DNA of 64,000 nucleotides from Desulfosudaceae bacterium. Lineage in GTDB: Bacteria > Desulfobacterota > Desulfobacteria > Desulfobacterales > Desulfosudaceae. The stretch is taken from NCBI GenBank assembly GCA_963674745.2, contig CAXXDV010000001.1, positions 608,001 to 672,000 of the forward strand, read 5' to 3'. Below are positions 1 to 11,676 of the stretch, piece after piece. Both the position numbers and the translations under genes were made by a program. The notes beneath the pieces were generated by a model. That model was given only the letters and a program-made list of their open reading frames with translations, made no database searches and was not told the DNA's origin. Each line of letters starts with the position of its first letter. Positions within the stretch are counted from its first letter, which is position 1.

Positions 1-2052
1 CTCCAGGTGGCGCGCGATCAGTTCGGAGAAATCGATGGCTTCCATAGTGTCATCCATCTTGGCGACTTTAATGGCATCCTCGATATTCACCAGACAGAAA
101 GGACAGGCGGTAACAATCACGTTGGCGCCTGCCTCGGCTGCCATTTGAACCCTGACCACGCCCATGCGCTCTTCTTCTTCCGGCTCATAAAACAGCATCA
201 AACCGCCACCGCTGCAGCACAGCGATCTGTCCCGACATTTTGCCATTTCCACCCGGCGCAATCCGGGAATGGCATCCATGGCATCCCGCGGGGCATCATA
301 AACGCTGTTATGGCGACCCAGGTAACAGGGGTCATGGTAAGTATAAACTCTACTGCTATCTTCAACAGGCTTTAAGGTTATTTCTCCGGATTTGACTTTT
401 CTGTCGACATACTGCGCCAGATGCTCAATGGAGGGGAGCTGATCGTTATGATAGTCGTTTTTTATGGCATTGTATGCGTGGGGATCGGCGGTGACGATAT
501 GTTTCACCCCGGACTCCAGAATCATGTCGATGTTATGGTCCTTGAGGGTCTGAAACAGCATCTCTTCACCGAACCGCCGGACTTCATTTCCGCTATCCTT
601 TTCGTCTTTGCCGAGAATACAAAAATCAGTGCCGCCGGCAGCAAGAACCAGGGAGGTCGCCCTGGCAAGGTCCTGCATCCGATCATCATATGACGAGATA
701 CTGTCAACAAAATACAAGGTATCGGCTTCTTCACCTTTTTCCAGAAGTTTGACCGCGCATGTATCTGCAAAGCCTTCCGCCTTGGTCCAATCCGCCCGTT
801 TTTTCTCCATTTTCCCCCAGGCATTACCCCGCTTTTCCAGGGCGCTCAGGGGTTTCTGGAGTGACTGGGGAACCATACCTTCATCTACCATACCCCGGCG
901 CAAGTCCACGATTTTATCAATATACTCAATTCCCAGCGGGCATTCCTGCTCACAGGCGCCACAAGTCGTACATGACCAGATTTCATCTTCCGAGTAAATG
1001 TCTCCCATCAGCGGCTTGCTTTCGGCATGCTCGCCCCTCAAGGGATAATTCTCAAAAATCTTTTCCCGGGCCTTGATGCTGATAAACCGGGGGGACAGAG
1101 GCCTGCCGACCAGATTGGCCGGGCACTGATCCGAACAACGGCCGCAGTCCGCACAGGAATAAAAATCAAGAATATGCTTCCAGGTAAAGTCTTCCATCTT
1201 CTTAACGCCGAAGGACTCCAGGTCGTCAAGCTGTTCATCCGACACATCATAACGAACCGGCTTAATGTTACCTTTGTCCAGCCGCATGAAAAGCACGTTA
1301 AAAAAAGACGTAATAACGTGAAAATGTTTTCCCATGGGCAGAAAGCAGAGGAAAAAGAAAAAGATCACATCATGAACATAGTAGGCAAGAATGTGTATGG
1401 CCTGAAGCAGGCCCACAGGAAAGACGGAAAGGATAAGGGTTTCAAACCAGACCAGTGAAAAAATGGCCGCCGGCATGTGACCGGCAGCCGCCATATGACT
1501 GGCTTCATAAAGGCTTTCCGCAATCATCAGCGAGGAGATCAGCCCCAGGACGAAAATGGCTTCGCTTGAGTGATCGAATTCTTTCGGGACATTAAAGCGA
1601 TCTTCTGCTTTCTTGACGCGTCTAATAGCCGCGATTATACAGGCGATCAAAACAACCGTAGCCGCATAGTCTTTAATAAAACCGTAAATCGACCCCAGAA
1701 TGCCGTCCATACCGGGCATCATAAAATCATCTGAAAGTCCGACCACGACCAGTTCCGTGGAGCGGATGGAGAGCACCAGGAAACCGAAAAAAATCATTAT
1801 ATGCAAAACACCGGCCGCCATGTACCGGGGTTGGCGCCATTGCAGGAGCCAGATTTTTATCAGCTGAAAAACCCGTTCCGGAATCCGGTTAAAACGATTG
1901 TCCGGCGCGGCTTTGATCAAGGGAGCCAGACGATTGGCAATAATATAAGCAAAACACCCCACCCCCACCACGGGGATCAGAAACGAAAATATGATCGTGG
2001 GGATACCTAAAAATGTAAAATCAGCGGGACCAACGATTAAAGTTTCCATCAT
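1..2052 (-). CDS. Membrane-bound Fe-S/CCG-domain oxidoreductase (FadF/HdrD-like, ETF:menaquinone oxidoreductase type); 3' end runs off the window
   Basis: Not in the ORF track because it has no stop in the window. Manual translation from ATG 2052 (AAGAGG RBS) gives MMETLIVGPADF..., several TM helices, CADCGRCSDQCP and CTTCGACEQECP ferredoxin motifs, and YHDPCYLGRHN, CCSGGG and TACPFC CCG-domain motifs. Confidence 0.88.
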   Translation of the reverse strand, partial: MMETLIVGPADFTFLGIPTIIFSFLIPVVGVGCFAYIIANRLAPLIKAAPDNRFNRIPERVFQLIKIWLLQWRQPRYMAAGVLHIMIFFGFLVLSIRSTELVVVGLSDDFMMPGMDGILGSIYGFIKDYAATVVLIACIIAAIRRVKKAEDRFNVPKEFDHSSEAIFVLGLISSLMIAESLYEASHMAAAGHMPAAIFSLVWFETLILSVFPVGLLQAIHILAYYVHDVIFFFFLCFLPMGKHFHVITSFFNVLFMRLDKGNIKPVRYDVSDEQLDDLESFGVKKMEDFTWKHILDFYSCADCGRCSDQCPANLVGRPLSPRFISIKAREKIFENYPLRGEHAESKPLMGDIYSEDEIWSCTTCGACEQECPLGIEYIDKIVDLRRGMVDEGMVPQSLQKPLSALEKRGNAWGKMEKKRADWTKAEGFADTCAVKLLEKGEEADTLYFVDSISSYDDRMQDLARATSLVLAAGGTDFCILGKDEKDSGNEVRRFGEEMLFQTLKDHNIDMILESGVKHIVTADPHAYNAIKNDYHNDQLPSIEHLAQYVDRKVKSGEITLKPVEDSSRVYTYHDPCYLGRHNSVYDAPRDAMDAIPGLRRVEMAKCRDRSLCCSGGGLMLFYEPEEEERMGVVRVQMAAEAGANVIVTACPFCLVNIEDAIKVAKMDDTMEAIDFSELIARHLE

Positions 2053-2413
2053 GACCTCTTCTTTTTCGGATAAAAATCTATAAATAAAAGTTATTAAATA
2101 ACCGCTCAAAACTGTGTGCTGAAATAAACTTTTTTTTTATCTTATCGAACCAGCCTCGTCAAGGAAAAAAGGGCCTTAATAAAAGGTGTTATGACAAGCG
2201 GTTGTCCGGCCATTGACAGCGCCACCCGGCTATCAGGCCTAAAATATTCTTCGGATGGATAAAAATTGTCCCCTCCGGGGGGGGCTGATGAATAATAACA
2301 GGTCAGCCGACGGGGCTTTTCAGACTTGAACAAATATTTATATATGCTATTTATACATGAATATTATATAGCCACAGACTTTAGGGATCTCCTTTACTTC
2401 CAGCGGGGGGTGC

Positions 2414-4213
2414 ATGACCGTTAACCATAATTATTATATTGTTTACAATCCCATTGCCTACGATCTGATGGGCATGATCTCCGACAGGGCCGTCAACATG
2501 ACCGATGTGCTGTCCTTCCTGACCAAACAGGACGCCCATACCCTGGGAGCGTCCAATTACATCCGTTTTTTGAAATTTGACAAAGGACGGGAAAGAATCG
2601 GCATCAACGATTTTTACGGCATTGATAACTATGCCACATACTATATTGCCAACCAGGTCGCCCGTATCGATCGTAAGGCCAGAATATTTATTGCCGACGG
2701 GAAACGGGAGAAAATTGATGACATTATCAAACGTGAATCACGCAAACCCGCAGCCGTCTTCATGACCTCCATCAGTGCCAATTTTCCCACGGCAGCATTG
2801 TCCGCCATTGCGCTGAACCACGGAAAAATCCCGGTGGTAATGGGCGGCATTCACGTGTCTTCTTCCGCCGGTGATATGGACACGCTGGTCAGGCAGAATG
2901 TGCCCCATCCGGAACTGATTGCCCTGGTCAGAGGCCCCGGTGATTCGAAAGTCATTTCTGAAATACTGGCCGACCTGGCCACGGAAAACCTGAAACCGGA
3001 ATACACGGGTTCGGTTACCCTTGAGGACGGCGTCTGGGGAAGTGAAAACATTGCTGTTCTGCCCGGCATAGAACCGCCCTACCTCAAAAAGCTGCCTGTT
3101 ATCGGCAATTACATCAGCCGCATCACCCGCGGCAATGTGGCCGCTCCTTACCTGGGCTGTCCTTACTCCTGCAGTTTCTGCTCCATTTCCTCTTTGCCCA
3201 TATCCCAGCGCAAGTTCATGGCCAGAACACCCCGGGATTTCGTGGACGAAATAGAGGCCAACCAGCACAGCGGGGCCAGCTTCAAAAACCGCTTTTATGT
3301 TTTCCTCCCCGACAACCTGCTGTTGAGCAAAAAAAAGCTGGAATCATTTTTGGATGAACTGATCGCCCGCCGGATTAAAATCAACTATATTTCCCAGATC
3401 TCAATAGAAATAGCCGACAGCCCGCAACTCATGGAAAAGCTCAGGCAATCCGGCGCGTCTCATTTTTTCATCGGCTTTGAATCCCTGAATCTTGACAACT
3501 TAAAATCGATAAAAAAGCCGGTCGTCAAAGAAATTGAAAAAAGCGGCCTGTCTGTTCCCGACTATTATGCGCGCCAGATCAAAAAAATCCAGGATCACGG
3601 CATCTCCATTCACGGCGCATTTATCACCGGCATGCCTCACGACTATTTTCACGCCATGGACGATCATTCCGGTATCGAGGTGGCCGATTTCTGCCAGGCA
3701 AACAACATCACCATTCAGGCGACCGTTTTGAACGATTTACCGGGATCTAAAAATTTCAAGGAAAGCCAGGAAAACGGTTCCTACCGCTACGGCAAACAGG
3801 GCACGGTGCCATATTTCTGCGCCCTGTCCAGCTCCGACCTGATGGAGTCCAACCGGCCGATACCGGATTCTCTTTTCAACAGCCCCCTGGTCAGCTTTTA
3901 CATGACCTATGATGTGGTCCAACGGGTCTGTTCCAATAAAAGCGCATTGAAAATATCGCTTTCTTCGGCCATAAGCGCTTGGCGGCATCCGACGCTCAAG
4001 GGACGCCACAGCCTGATCGAACGCTACTACGATGTGATGGGCGCGGTGGGCTCTCAGCTGGGCGTCAGTTCCCATAAGGAACATATCGACGCTCTGGCAT
4101 ACTCCAACCCGAAAACCGGGTATGTCGGATGTTTTGAGCGTCTTTTCAATATGGAAAGAAATCAGGACGTGAAAAATCTGTTCCGGGACTATGTCCGACA
4201 ATTTATTGGTTGA
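2414..4213 (+). CDS. Radical SAM protein with probable N-terminal B12-binding-like domain (paralog 1)
   Basis: GCPYSCSFC CxxxCxxC motif, preceded by [16 protein letters not shown] and HGAFITG motifs typical of B12-binding radical SAM enzymes. Confidence 0.8.
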   Translation: MTVNHNYYIVYNPIAYDLMGMISDRAVNMTDVLSFLTKQDAHTLGASNYIRFLKFDKGRERIGINDFYGIDNYATYYIANQVARIDRKARIFIADGKREKIDDIIKRESRKPAAVFMTSISANFPTAALSAIALNHGKIPVVMGGIHVSSSAGDMDTLVRQNVPHPELIALVRGPGDSKVISEILADLATENLKPEYTGSVTLEDGVWGSENIAVLPGIEPPYLKKLPVIGNYISRITRGNVAAPYLGCPYSCSFCSISSLPISQRKFMARTPRDFVDEIEANQHSGASFKNRFYVFLPDNLLLSKKKLESFLDELIARRIKINYISQISIEIADSPQLMEKLRQSGASHFFIGFESLNLDNLKSIKKPVVKEIEKSGLSVPDYYARQIKKIQDHGISIHGAFITGMPHDYFHAMDDHSGIEVADFCQANNITIQATVLNDLPGSKNFKESQENGSYRYGKQGTVPYFCALSSSDLMESNRPIPDSLFNSPLVSFYMTYDVVQRVCSNKSALKISLSSAISAWRHPTLKGRHSLIERYYDVMGAVGSQLGVSSHKEHIDALAYSNPKTGYVGCFERLFNMERNQDVKNLFRDYVRQFIG

Positions 4214-4321
4214 ACGCTTTAACTGTTTTTTATACTTGCGCTTTTAATTATTTTTGTTACGCTTTAAATATGTGGGGGTTTTTTCTTAAGCGACAATAAC
4301 TTTACTTCTCGAGCTGTTTTC

Positions 4322-6115
4322 ATGCTTATGCAGGATTATTATATCATTTATAATCCCATCACTTATGATCTTATGGGACTGGTGAACGATCATGACGCCG
4401 CCGTTCCGGATGTGCTGGCCTACCTGACCAACCGAGACCCGGGCGCCCTGAGTGACGAAAATTATACGGATTTTCTCAAGTTTGATACCTCCAAAATCAG
4501 GCATGGGCTGAATGAATTTTTCGGCTTCGAAAATTACGCTACCATCTATATTGCCAACCAGGTCGCCACCATCGACAAAAACGTCATAATATACATTGCC
4601 GACGGCCGAAGAAGAAAAATCTGTGAAATCATAGAAAAGCGCCGACATAAGCCCAAGGCCGTCTTTATCACCACCATCAGCGCCAACTTTCCCGTTGCGG
4701 CCATGGTAAGCATCGCCTTAAACCATGGAAAAATACCGGTACTTATCGGCGGTATTCATGTTTCCACCGTTCCGGAAGATATCGACCGCTTCATCAAAAC
4801 CCATGTTCCGCATCCGGAACTTGTCAGCCAGGTCAGGGGACCGGGCGATTCCAGGGTGATTCGTGAAATTATCGAGGACCTGGAGCAAGGCAGCTTAAAA
4901 CCGGAATATATCGGATCGGTCACACTTGAAGACAGCGTCTGGGGAAAAGAGAACATCCGCCCGCTGCCCGAAATACCGCCCCCTTATCTGAAAAAAATCC
5001 CTTTTATCGGATCTTATCTGAGCACTATTTCCAGGGCCAAGGTAGCCGCGCCTTATCTGGGCTGCCCTTATTCCTGCAGCTTCTGCTCAATTTCGGCCAT
5101 GCCGAAAAACCAGCGTAAATTCACCTGCCGTTCACCGGCCGACTTTGTCGACGAAATTGAATTTCTCCAGAAAGAAGGCGCAAACTTCAAAAATCGTTTT
5201 TATGTGTTTTTGCCGGACAACATGCTGATCAGCAAGAAAAAACTGGAAGAAATCCTTAATGAAATTATCCGGCGAAAAATAAAAATCAATTACCTGACCC
5301 AGATTTCCATTGATATTGCCGACGAACCTTTTTTAATGGAAAAAATGAGGCGATCCGGGTGCTGCCATTTTTTTATCGGCATGGAATCCCTCAATCTGGA
5401 CAACCTGAAATTAATAGGCAAAAATGCGGCCAAAGCCATTGAGACCAGCGGTATGACCGTACCGGAATACTATTCCCGCCAGATCAGCAAAATTCACGCC
5501 CAGGGCCTTTCACTGCACGGCGCATTCATTACAGGCCTGCCACATGATTATTTCAACTCCCTGGATGACCATTCAGGGGTGGACGTGGCTAAATTCTGCC
5601 TGGAAAACCGGATAACGCTCCAGGCGACCGTTCTCAATGACCTGCCGGGGTCAAAAAATTTTACCGAGTCCCAGGAAAAGGGAACCTACCTTTATGGTAA
5701 AGAAGGCAGTATGCCCTATTTCTGCTCCCTGTCCAGTTCGGATTTGATGGAATCAAACCGGGAGATACCGGCTTCATTGAAAGGCAGCCCCCTGGTCACT
5801 TTCTTTATGATGTATGACACGCTTAAACGGGTCTGCAACACAAAAACCGCCCTGCATATCGGATTCAGTACCGGGAGAAAAGCCTGGGGGACACCGACAT
5901 CAAACGGCAACAGCAGCCTCCGGGAAAGATTAACCGACTGGTTGTCCGCTACCGGCATTCATCTCGGTGTCAGCGCCCACCTTGACCATGTCTCGTCCAT
6001 GGCCTATTCTAATCAAAAAACCGGCTATGTCGGTGTTTTTGAAAGACTTTACAACAAAGAAACAAACCCGGAAGTCAAAAACCTTTTCCAGGATTACGTC
6101 AAACAGTTCATATGA
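4322..6115 (+). CDS. Radical SAM protein with probable N-terminal B12-binding-like domain (paralog 2)
   Basis: GCPYSCSFC motif; aligns end to end with 2414..4213. Confidence 0.8.
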   Translation: MLMQDYYIIYNPITYDLMGLVNDHDAAVPDVLAYLTNRDPGALSDENYTDFLKFDTSKIRHGLNEFFGFENYATIYIANQVATIDKNVIIYIADGRRRKICEIIEKRRHKPKAVFITTISANFPVAAMVSIALNHGKIPVLIGGIHVSTVPEDIDRFIKTHVPHPELVSQVRGPGDSRVIREIIEDLEQGSLKPEYIGSVTLEDSVWGKENIRPLPEIPPPYLKKIPFIGSYLSTISRAKVAAPYLGCPYSCSFCSISAMPKNQRKFTCRSPADFVDEIEFLQKEGANFKNRFYVFLPDNMLISKKKLEEILNEIIRRKIKINYLTQISIDIADEPFLMEKMRRSGCCHFFIGMESLNLDNLKLIGKNAAKAIETSGMTVPEYYSRQISKIHAQGLSLHGAFITGLPHDYFNSLDDHSGVDVAKFCLENRITLQATVLNDLPGSKNFTESQEKGTYLYGKEGSMPYFCSLSSSDLMESNREIPASLKGSPLVTFFMMYDTLKRVCNTKTALHIGFSTGRKAWGTPTSNGNSSLRERLTDWLSATGIHLGVSAHLDHVSSMAYSNQKTGYVGVFERLYNKETNPEVKNLFQDYVKQFI

Positions 6116-6600
6116 AACGATCGTTGATTATCGGCATTATGGGCGGCGGCAGCGCTGAAACGGACGATCTGGACAAAGCCTGCCGCCTTGGCGCGCTGAT
6201 TGCCCAAAACGGCTGGCACCTGTTAAACGGCGGGCGGGACGCCGGCATCATGGCGGCTTCGGCCAGAGGCGCCGCCGAAAGCGGCGGCCTGACCATCGGC
6301 ATTCTCCCGGACAATAACGATCACCAGGCATCACCCCACATTGCCATTCCCATCATCACCGGCATGGGCAATGCCAGAAACTGCATCAACGTCCTGTCCA
6401 GCGACGTGGTCGTGGCCTGTCCGGGCGGTTCGGGCACCCTGTCTGAAATCGCTTTGGCCCTTAAAAATAAAAAGCCGGTGATCACCATGGGCTTTTGTCT
6501 TGAAGCCATTCCCGGGATTGATATCAATCGATCCATCCTGTATGCCGCCGACACGCCGGAGGACGTCATCAACATCATCAAACGTCTCTTCCATAATTAA
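6112..6600 (+). CDS. LOG/SLOG family (TIGR00725-like) Rossmann-fold protein
   Basis: [25 protein letters not shown] and PGGSGTLSE motifs. Confidence 0.85.
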   Translation: MKRSLIIGIMGGGSAETDDLDKACRLGALIAQNGWHLLNGGRDAGIMAASARGAAESGGLTIGILPDNNDHQASPHIAIPIITGMGNARNCINVLSSDVVVACPGGSGTLSEIALALKNKKPVITMGFCLEAIPGIDINRSILYAADTPEDVINIIKRLFHN

Positions 6601-6777
6601 ATCCGCCACACACGCCTGTTATCCCCGAAAGCCTTTATTGATCCGGCTTTTTTCTTGTGGTGCTTACCCCCTTTTGCCTTTATTTTTTAACGATAGCGCC
6701 ATCACGCAGGAACGGCGTTATTGTGGATGCGTGTTTTTTATGCTACTTTTTTCTCAGAAAACATGTGGGGAGCAGCT

Positions 6778-8163
6778 ATGGCCGAACGTATGAGGATCCG
6801 TCAACTGTTAAACAGTGACGGCCCCAAAACCGATGTCACCGTCAGCGGGTGGGTGCGTACCCGGCGGGACTCTAAAGAATTTTCTTTTCTTGAACTCAAC
6901 GACGGGTCTTGTTTAAAAAACCTTCAGGTCATTGCCGACCGGTCTCTGGCCAACTATGATGAAGTCTCGCACCTGACCACCGGCTCGGCGGTGAAGGTGT
7001 CCGGCAGCCTGGGACCGTCTCCTGGCAAAGGCCAGCAATGGGAGGTGCGCGCCGGGAACATCGATATCATCAACCAGGCGCCGGAAGACTACCCGCTGCA
7101 GAAAAAACGGCATACAGACGAATTTTTAAGGACCATCGCCCATCTGCGCCCGCGGACCAATAAATACGGCGCTGTTTTTCGTATCCGTTCCGAGTTATCT
7201 TATGCCATCCATGATTATTTCAGAAAACAGGGTTTTTACTATGTCCACACGCCGATTCTGACCGCATCCGACTGCGAAGGGGCGGGCAAACTGTTTCAGG
7301 TCACAACCCTTGACCTGACCGATCCGCCCCGGATCAACGGACAGCCCGACTATGATGCGGACTTTTTCGGCAAAGCCGCGGGGCTGACGGTTTCCGGCCA
7401 GCTGGAGGCGGAATTGTTCGCACTGGCCCTGGGACGGGTATATACGTTCGGCCCCACTTTTAGAGCAGAAAACTCCAACACCTCCCGGCATGCGGCCGAA
7501 TTCTGGATGGTTGAGCCTGAAATGGCGTTCTTTGATCTTGAAGACAACATGAATCTGGCCGAATCTTTTCTAAAAAAAATGACCGGTGCGGTATTGGAAA
7601 ACTGTGCCGACGATATCCAGTTGTTCAAAAATTTTGTGGACAAACAACTGGGAGAGACCCTGTCCAATATTCTCGATCACGGCTTTGAACGGTTGCGTTA
7701 TGAAGAAGCCGTCGGCATTCTCGAAAAGTCCGGGACAAAATTTGAATTTCAACCCGTTTACGGCCAGGATCTCCAGTCAGAGCATGAACGTTTTCTGACG
7801 GAACAATATTTCAAAAAACCGGTCATCGTATTTGATTATCCGGCAAGCATCAAACCGTTTTACATGCGGCTGAATGACGACGGCCGAACCGTAGCCGCCA
7901 TGGATGTACTGGTACCGGGCATCGGCGAAATCATCGGCGGCAGCCAGCGGGAAGAAAGACTTGACGTGCTGCAAAAGCGCCTGCTGGATATGGGCCTTAC
8001 GGATGAAGATTACTGGTGGTATCTTGACTCCCGAAGGTTCGGCAGCGTTCCACACAGCGGCTTCGGACTGGGTTTCGAACGATTGTTGATGCTGCTGACC
8101 GGTGTTACCAACATCCGGGACGTTGTTCCTTTTCCAAGGACACCCGGACATATCGAATTTTAA
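6778..8163 (+). CDS. asnS: Asparagine--tRNA ligase
   Basis: GWVRTRR OB fold, [39 protein letters not shown] and [11 protein letters not shown] 6778 follows a GGGGAG RBS. Confidence 0.96.
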   Translation: MAERMRIRQLLNSDGPKTDVTVSGWVRTRRDSKEFSFLELNDGSCLKNLQVIADRSLANYDEVSHLTTGSAVKVSGSLGPSPGKGQQWEVRAGNIDIINQAPEDYPLQKKRHTDEFLRTIAHLRPRTNKYGAVFRIRSELSYAIHDYFRKQGFYYVHTPILTASDCEGAGKLFQVTTLDLTDPPRINGQPDYDADFFGKAAGLTVSGQLEAELFALALGRVYTFGPTFRAENSNTSRHAAEFWMVEPEMAFFDLEDNMNLAESFLKKMTGAVLENCADDIQLFKNFVDKQLGETLSNILDHGFERLRYEEAVGILEKSGTKFEFQPVYGQDLQSEHERFLTEQYFKKPVIVFDYPASIKPFYMRLNDDGRTVAAMDVLVPGIGEIIGGSQREERLDVLQKRLLDMGLTDEDYWWYLDSRRFGSVPHSGFGLGFERLLMLLTGVTNIRDVVPFPRTPGHIEF

Positions 8164-8284
8164 TCTTTTATTAATAAACCACCATTTGATTTTTTTGCCA
8201 AAGAATGTTATTTTATAGAAGAATTATTTGAAAATCGCGTACATACGCGAATAGCAACTTATTGTTTTAAGGTTGAAACGCTTC

Positions 8285-9085
8285 ATGAAAACGATATTGA
8301 TCGTCGATGACACCAGGTTAGCGCGAAGCTTTATCTCTAAAAGGCTGGAACCGTACGCTGATGAGTTTAATGTGCTTACGGCGGAAAACGGTCAGGAGGC
8401 ATTGGAGCTGGCGCAAACCGTCAAGATTGATCTGGTGATTACGGATATTGAAATGCCGGTAATGGATGGGTTCGAACTTCTGGCCAACTTAAACAATAAA
8501 TATCCCCAGATCCCGGTATTTGTCATGACGGCCAAGGGGTCGCCGGAGATTGAAGAGCGTATTGATGCCATGGGTTCCCTTAAATATTTTGAGAAACCCA
8601 TGGACCTGGAAGCACTGGTAGCCGCAATCCGGGAAAAGCTTGACTCCAGCGCGCAGGGGAAGGTAAACGGTATCAGCCTGGCGTCTTTCCTGCAGCTGGT
8701 TGGGATGGAAAGCAAAACCTGTATCCTGAATGTCAAAACCGCCAGTCAGTCCGGTAAGGTTTATTGTCAGAGCGGGGACCTGATCGCCGCCGAGACAGGT
8801 ACGCTGTCCGCCGAAGAAGCGGTCATCGAAATGGTCACCTGGGACGGGGCTGTTATTGAAATTTTAAAGCTCGACAAACAAAAAGAAAAACAGATCAAAA
8901 AACCGCTGATGAACATCCTGATGGAAGCCTCACGCCGGATGGATGAAATGGCAGCCGTAAAAAAAGAAAAAGCGAAAAAAGAGGCGCAGAGACCCAAACC
9001 GGCCAAAAAACAACAACCCCCGCCCGAAAAGAAAGCGCCCGACAGTGACACGACTGATCTGTCGTCGATGTATGAGTGGGACTGA
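8285..9085 (+). CDS. Response regulator (REC plus DUF4388/PATAN-like domain)
   Basis: ILIVDD, DIEMPVMDG and FEKP receiver motifs; GKVNGISLASFLQ...ILMEASRRMDE is DUF4388-like. Confidence 0.82.
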   Translation: MKTILIVDDTRLARSFISKRLEPYADEFNVLTAENGQEALELAQTVKIDLVITDIEMPVMDGFELLANLNNKYPQIPVFVMTAKGSPEIEERIDAMGSLKYFEKPMDLEALVAAIREKLDSSAQGKVNGISLASFLQLVGMESKTCILNVKTASQSGKVYCQSGDLIAAETGTLSAEEAVIEMVTWDGAVIEILKLDKQKEKQIKKPLMNILMEASRRMDEMAAVKKEKAKKEAQRPKPAKKQQPPPEKKAPDSDTTDLSSMYEWD

Positions 9086-9571
9086 TTAAATCAGATCGGC
9101 CAGTTCGGGAAAATGTTTCCTGACAGCCTTGGCCTGCTCCGGGTTTTCCTGCAGCAATCGAAAATCCGCGAACTCAAATCCGGGAGCCACCGTACAACCA
9201 ACCAGTGTATAGGCCCCTGTTGTTCGCGCCCCCTGCCAGCAACCCGCCGGCACGACTGAAACCGGCCGGCTTGTTTCCCCGACCGCAGCCAAAAGGCAAT
9301 GCTGATAGGCTTTTTCCCCGCTATTAAACCAGAAGAGATCCAGTGGTGCCCCCTCATAATAATGCCATACTTCATCCAGACTGACCTGATGCCAGCAGCT
9401 GACCTGGCCTGCCGGCAGCAAAAAAAATATTTCGGTCAAGGCACATCGTTCCTGCGCTTTGTCTTTTGACTGAACAATGGTTGACGAGCGGAAGATTTCC
9501 CGGAAATATCCGCCCTCAGGATGGGGTGTCAGCGCCAGTTGATCAATCAGTTCCAACGCACGGGGATCCAT
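9086..9571 (-). CDS. Cupin domain protein (DUF985 family)
   Basis: LTPHPEGGYFRE, EVWHYYEG and GCTVAPGFEFADF motifs; AAGGAG RBS before ATG 9571. Confidence 0.88.
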   Translation of the reverse strand: MDPRALELIDQLALTPHPEGGYFREIFRSSTIVQSKDKAQERCALTEIFFLLPAGQVSCWHQVSLDEVWHYYEGAPLDLFWFNSGEKAYQHCLLAAVGETSRPVSVVPAGCWQGARTTGAYTLVGCTVAPGFEFADFRLLQENPEQAKAVRKHFPELADLI

Positions 9572-9612
9572 CAGAAAACTCCTTCTTATTTGATTATCCT
9601 GCAACCTCCTGA

Positions 9613-9927
9613 TCAATAAAATACAGCAAGCCAGACGGTGTCACGGTCAGGGTCGGTCCACTCGACACGATGTCTCACATGGGCCAAAATATGATAATAA
9701 TCGCCTTCCGTTAAAACCACAACTTCATCTTTATTTTCAATTTTGAGGCCGGCGCTGCCTTTGACCACCAGAACAAATTCGTTTTTTTCCTGATCATACC
9801 AGAAGCCCTTCGGCGAGGCATGGCCGCGCGATACAATTCGCTCGATGACAACGTCGTCTGAGGCGCATATTGTCTCAAAAAGCTCTTCCGGCAATTCATC
9901 GGGTATGCCCTGGAATAAAGACTTCAT
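9613..9927 (-). CDS. Small cupin domain protein
   Basis: IERIVSRGH, WYDQEKNE and HVRHRVEWT cupin motifs. Confidence 0.82.
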   Translation of the reverse strand: MKSLFQGIPDELPEELFETICASDDVVIERIVSRGHASPKGFWYDQEKNEFVLVVKGSAGLKIENKDEVVVLTEGDYYHILAHVRHRVEWTDPDRDTVWLAVFY

Positions 9928-9966
9928 TTAAATCATTTCATCCCGGCCGTGGTGAATAAAAGCACA

Positions 9967-9998
9967 AAGCCCGGGCAGCACACACGCGGCTCGGGCTT
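9967..9998 (-). terminator. Probable intrinsic terminator downstream of metK
   Basis: On the minus strand an AAGCCCGAGC...GCCCGGGCTT stem is followed by TGTGCTTTTATT. Confidence 0.5.
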
Positions 9999-10006
9999 AA
10001 AATACC

Positions 10007-10148
10007 GGGCCCCTCTAAAAATTGCCTTTTGGCCCGATGTCGGCGTTGTGCTCAAATTTTAATCCTCGAAATACGTCTATGTATTCCTCCGGTTAAAATT
10101 CTCGCACGCCTTGACCTCGAACCAAAATTCTAATTTTTAGAGATACCC
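10007..10148. repeat. Non-coding element with terminal inverted repeats (MITE-like)
   Basis: Left end GGGCCCCTCTAAAAATT versus right end AATTTTTAGAGATACCC. A related end sequence occurs at 26615. Confidence 0.6.
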
Positions 10149-10171
10149 TACTGTTTTATGAAAGGTTCGTA

Positions 10172-11344
10172 CTAAATTCCCGCTTTTGACTTTATCTCTT
10201 CAGCCTTGTTGATCGCTTCCCAGGTGAACCCGTCCCCTTCGGTTCGACCGAAATGGCCATAAGCGGCAGTAGGCCGGTATATGGGCCGTTTTAAATCAAG
10301 ATAGTCGATAATCGCTGCCGGCCTTAAATCAAAAACATCTTTTACGATTTCTTCCGCTTTGGCTTCATTTATGACACCGGTACCTTTAAAATCAACCATT
10401 ACCGAGACAGGTTCGGCCACGCCTATGGCATAAGCGACCTGGACTTCACACTCTTTGGCCAGACCGGCGGCAACGATATTTTTGGCCACATGCCGTCCCA
10501 TGTAAGCGGCACTGCGGTCAACCTTGGATGGATCTTTTCCGGAAAAACAGCCGCCGCCATGCCTTCCCCGGCCGCCGTAAGTGTCGACAATAATCTTCCG
10601 GCCCGTCAATCCGCAGTCGCCCATGGGTCCGCCGACCACAAACTTACCGGTGGGGTTGATAAAATATTTGGTCTTGTCATCAATCAGCTCGGCCGGCAGG
10701 ACCGGACGAATCACTTTTTCAATAATGCCGGCCTTCAAATCATCGTAACCGACATCGGGTGAATGCTGACTGGAAATAACCACGGCGTCAATCCGTCGCT
10801 GTTTTCCGGTTTCATCATACTCAACCGTTACCTGGGATTTACCGTCAGGCCTTAAAAAGTCAAGTACCCCATCATCCCGAACCCGATTAAGTTGATGGGT
10901 CAGTTTATGGGCGAACATGATCGGTGACGGCATCAGTTCCGGGGTTTCGTCACAGGCAAAGCCGAACATCAAGCCCTGGTCACCGGCCCCCTGCTCTTTA
11001 TAAAGCCCGTCTCCTTTATTGACCCCCTGGGCAATGTCCGGGGATTGTTTATCAATACTGGTCAAAACCGCACAAGTCTGCCAGTCAAAGCCCATATCCG
11101 AAGAATTATAACCGATATCCCGGATGGTTTCCCTGATGATATCAGCATAATTTATTGTCGCCTTGGTTGTAATTTCACCGGCCACCACAGCCATTCCTGT
11201 GGTCACCATTGTCTCACAGGCCACCCTGCTGTCCTTATCCTGCGCCAGCAAGGCGTCAAGGATAGAATCGGAGATACAGTCGGCCAGTTTATCGGGGTGA
11301 CCCGAAGTAACTGATTCAGATGTAAAAAAATAACGTCTGCTCAT
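10172..11344 (-). CDS. metK: S-adenosylmethionine synthetase
   Basis: [33 protein letters not shown] and [10 protein letters not shown]. Confidence 0.98.
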   Translation of the reverse strand: MSRRYFFTSESVTSGHPDKLADCISDSILDALLAQDKDSRVACETMVTTGMAVVAGEITTKATINYADIIRETIRDIGYNSSDMGFDWQTCAVLTSIDKQSPDIAQGVNKGDGLYKEQGAGDQGLMFGFACDETPELMPSPIMFAHKLTHQLNRVRDDGVLDFLRPDGKSQVTVEYDETGKQRRIDAVVISSQHSPDVGYDDLKAGIIEKVIRPVLPAELIDDKTKYFINPTGKFVVGGPMGDCGLTGRKIIVDTYGGRGRHGGGCFSGKDPSKVDRSAAYMGRHVAKNIVAAGLAKECEVQVAYAIGVAEPVSVMVDFKGTGVINEAKAEEIVKDVFDLRPAAIIDYLDLKRPIYRPTAAYGHFGRTEGDGFTWEAINKAEEIKSKAGI

Positions 11345-11451
11345 AAAAAGCTCCTTTAAAAATTTTGTGTGCGCGCTTTGTAACAGAAAGAATGGTTGTA
11401 CTTTTACTAAAGAATCAGGATGATGTCAACAGGGAATGCCGAACCGGCGGG

Positions 11452-11676
11452 TTACTGAACGGGGCCTTTATCCTCAAGCCGTTTTCCCTTTTTCCGCCCC
11501 CACAGTAAGTAAATCAACCAGCCGATAAACGGTAAAAAAGCGATAATTCCCCAGACGGCCTTCTTTTCCAAAGCGCCGAAATCCTTTACAGCGACGTCTA
11601 CCAGGGCCCAGCAGGTTAAAAGGTAGGATGCACCGGCAATTGCGAGGACAAGCATGACGGTTGTCGCGGTCATCAT
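11452..11676 (-). CDS. Small membrane protein (PLDc N-terminal-like)
   Basis: Two TM segments, W...LPFIGWLIYLLWGR pattern; overlaps the stop of the upstream gene. Confidence 0.7.
   Translation of the reverse strand: MMTATTVMLVLAIAGASYLLTCWALVDVAVKDFGALEKKAVWGIIAFLPFIGWLIYLLWGRKKGKRLEDKGPVQ

Noticed and set aside
7..2010. Several plus-strand ORFs listed in the track
   Set aside because: They are shadows of the long minus-strand oxidoreductase (2052 to the window edge), which carries clear motifs.
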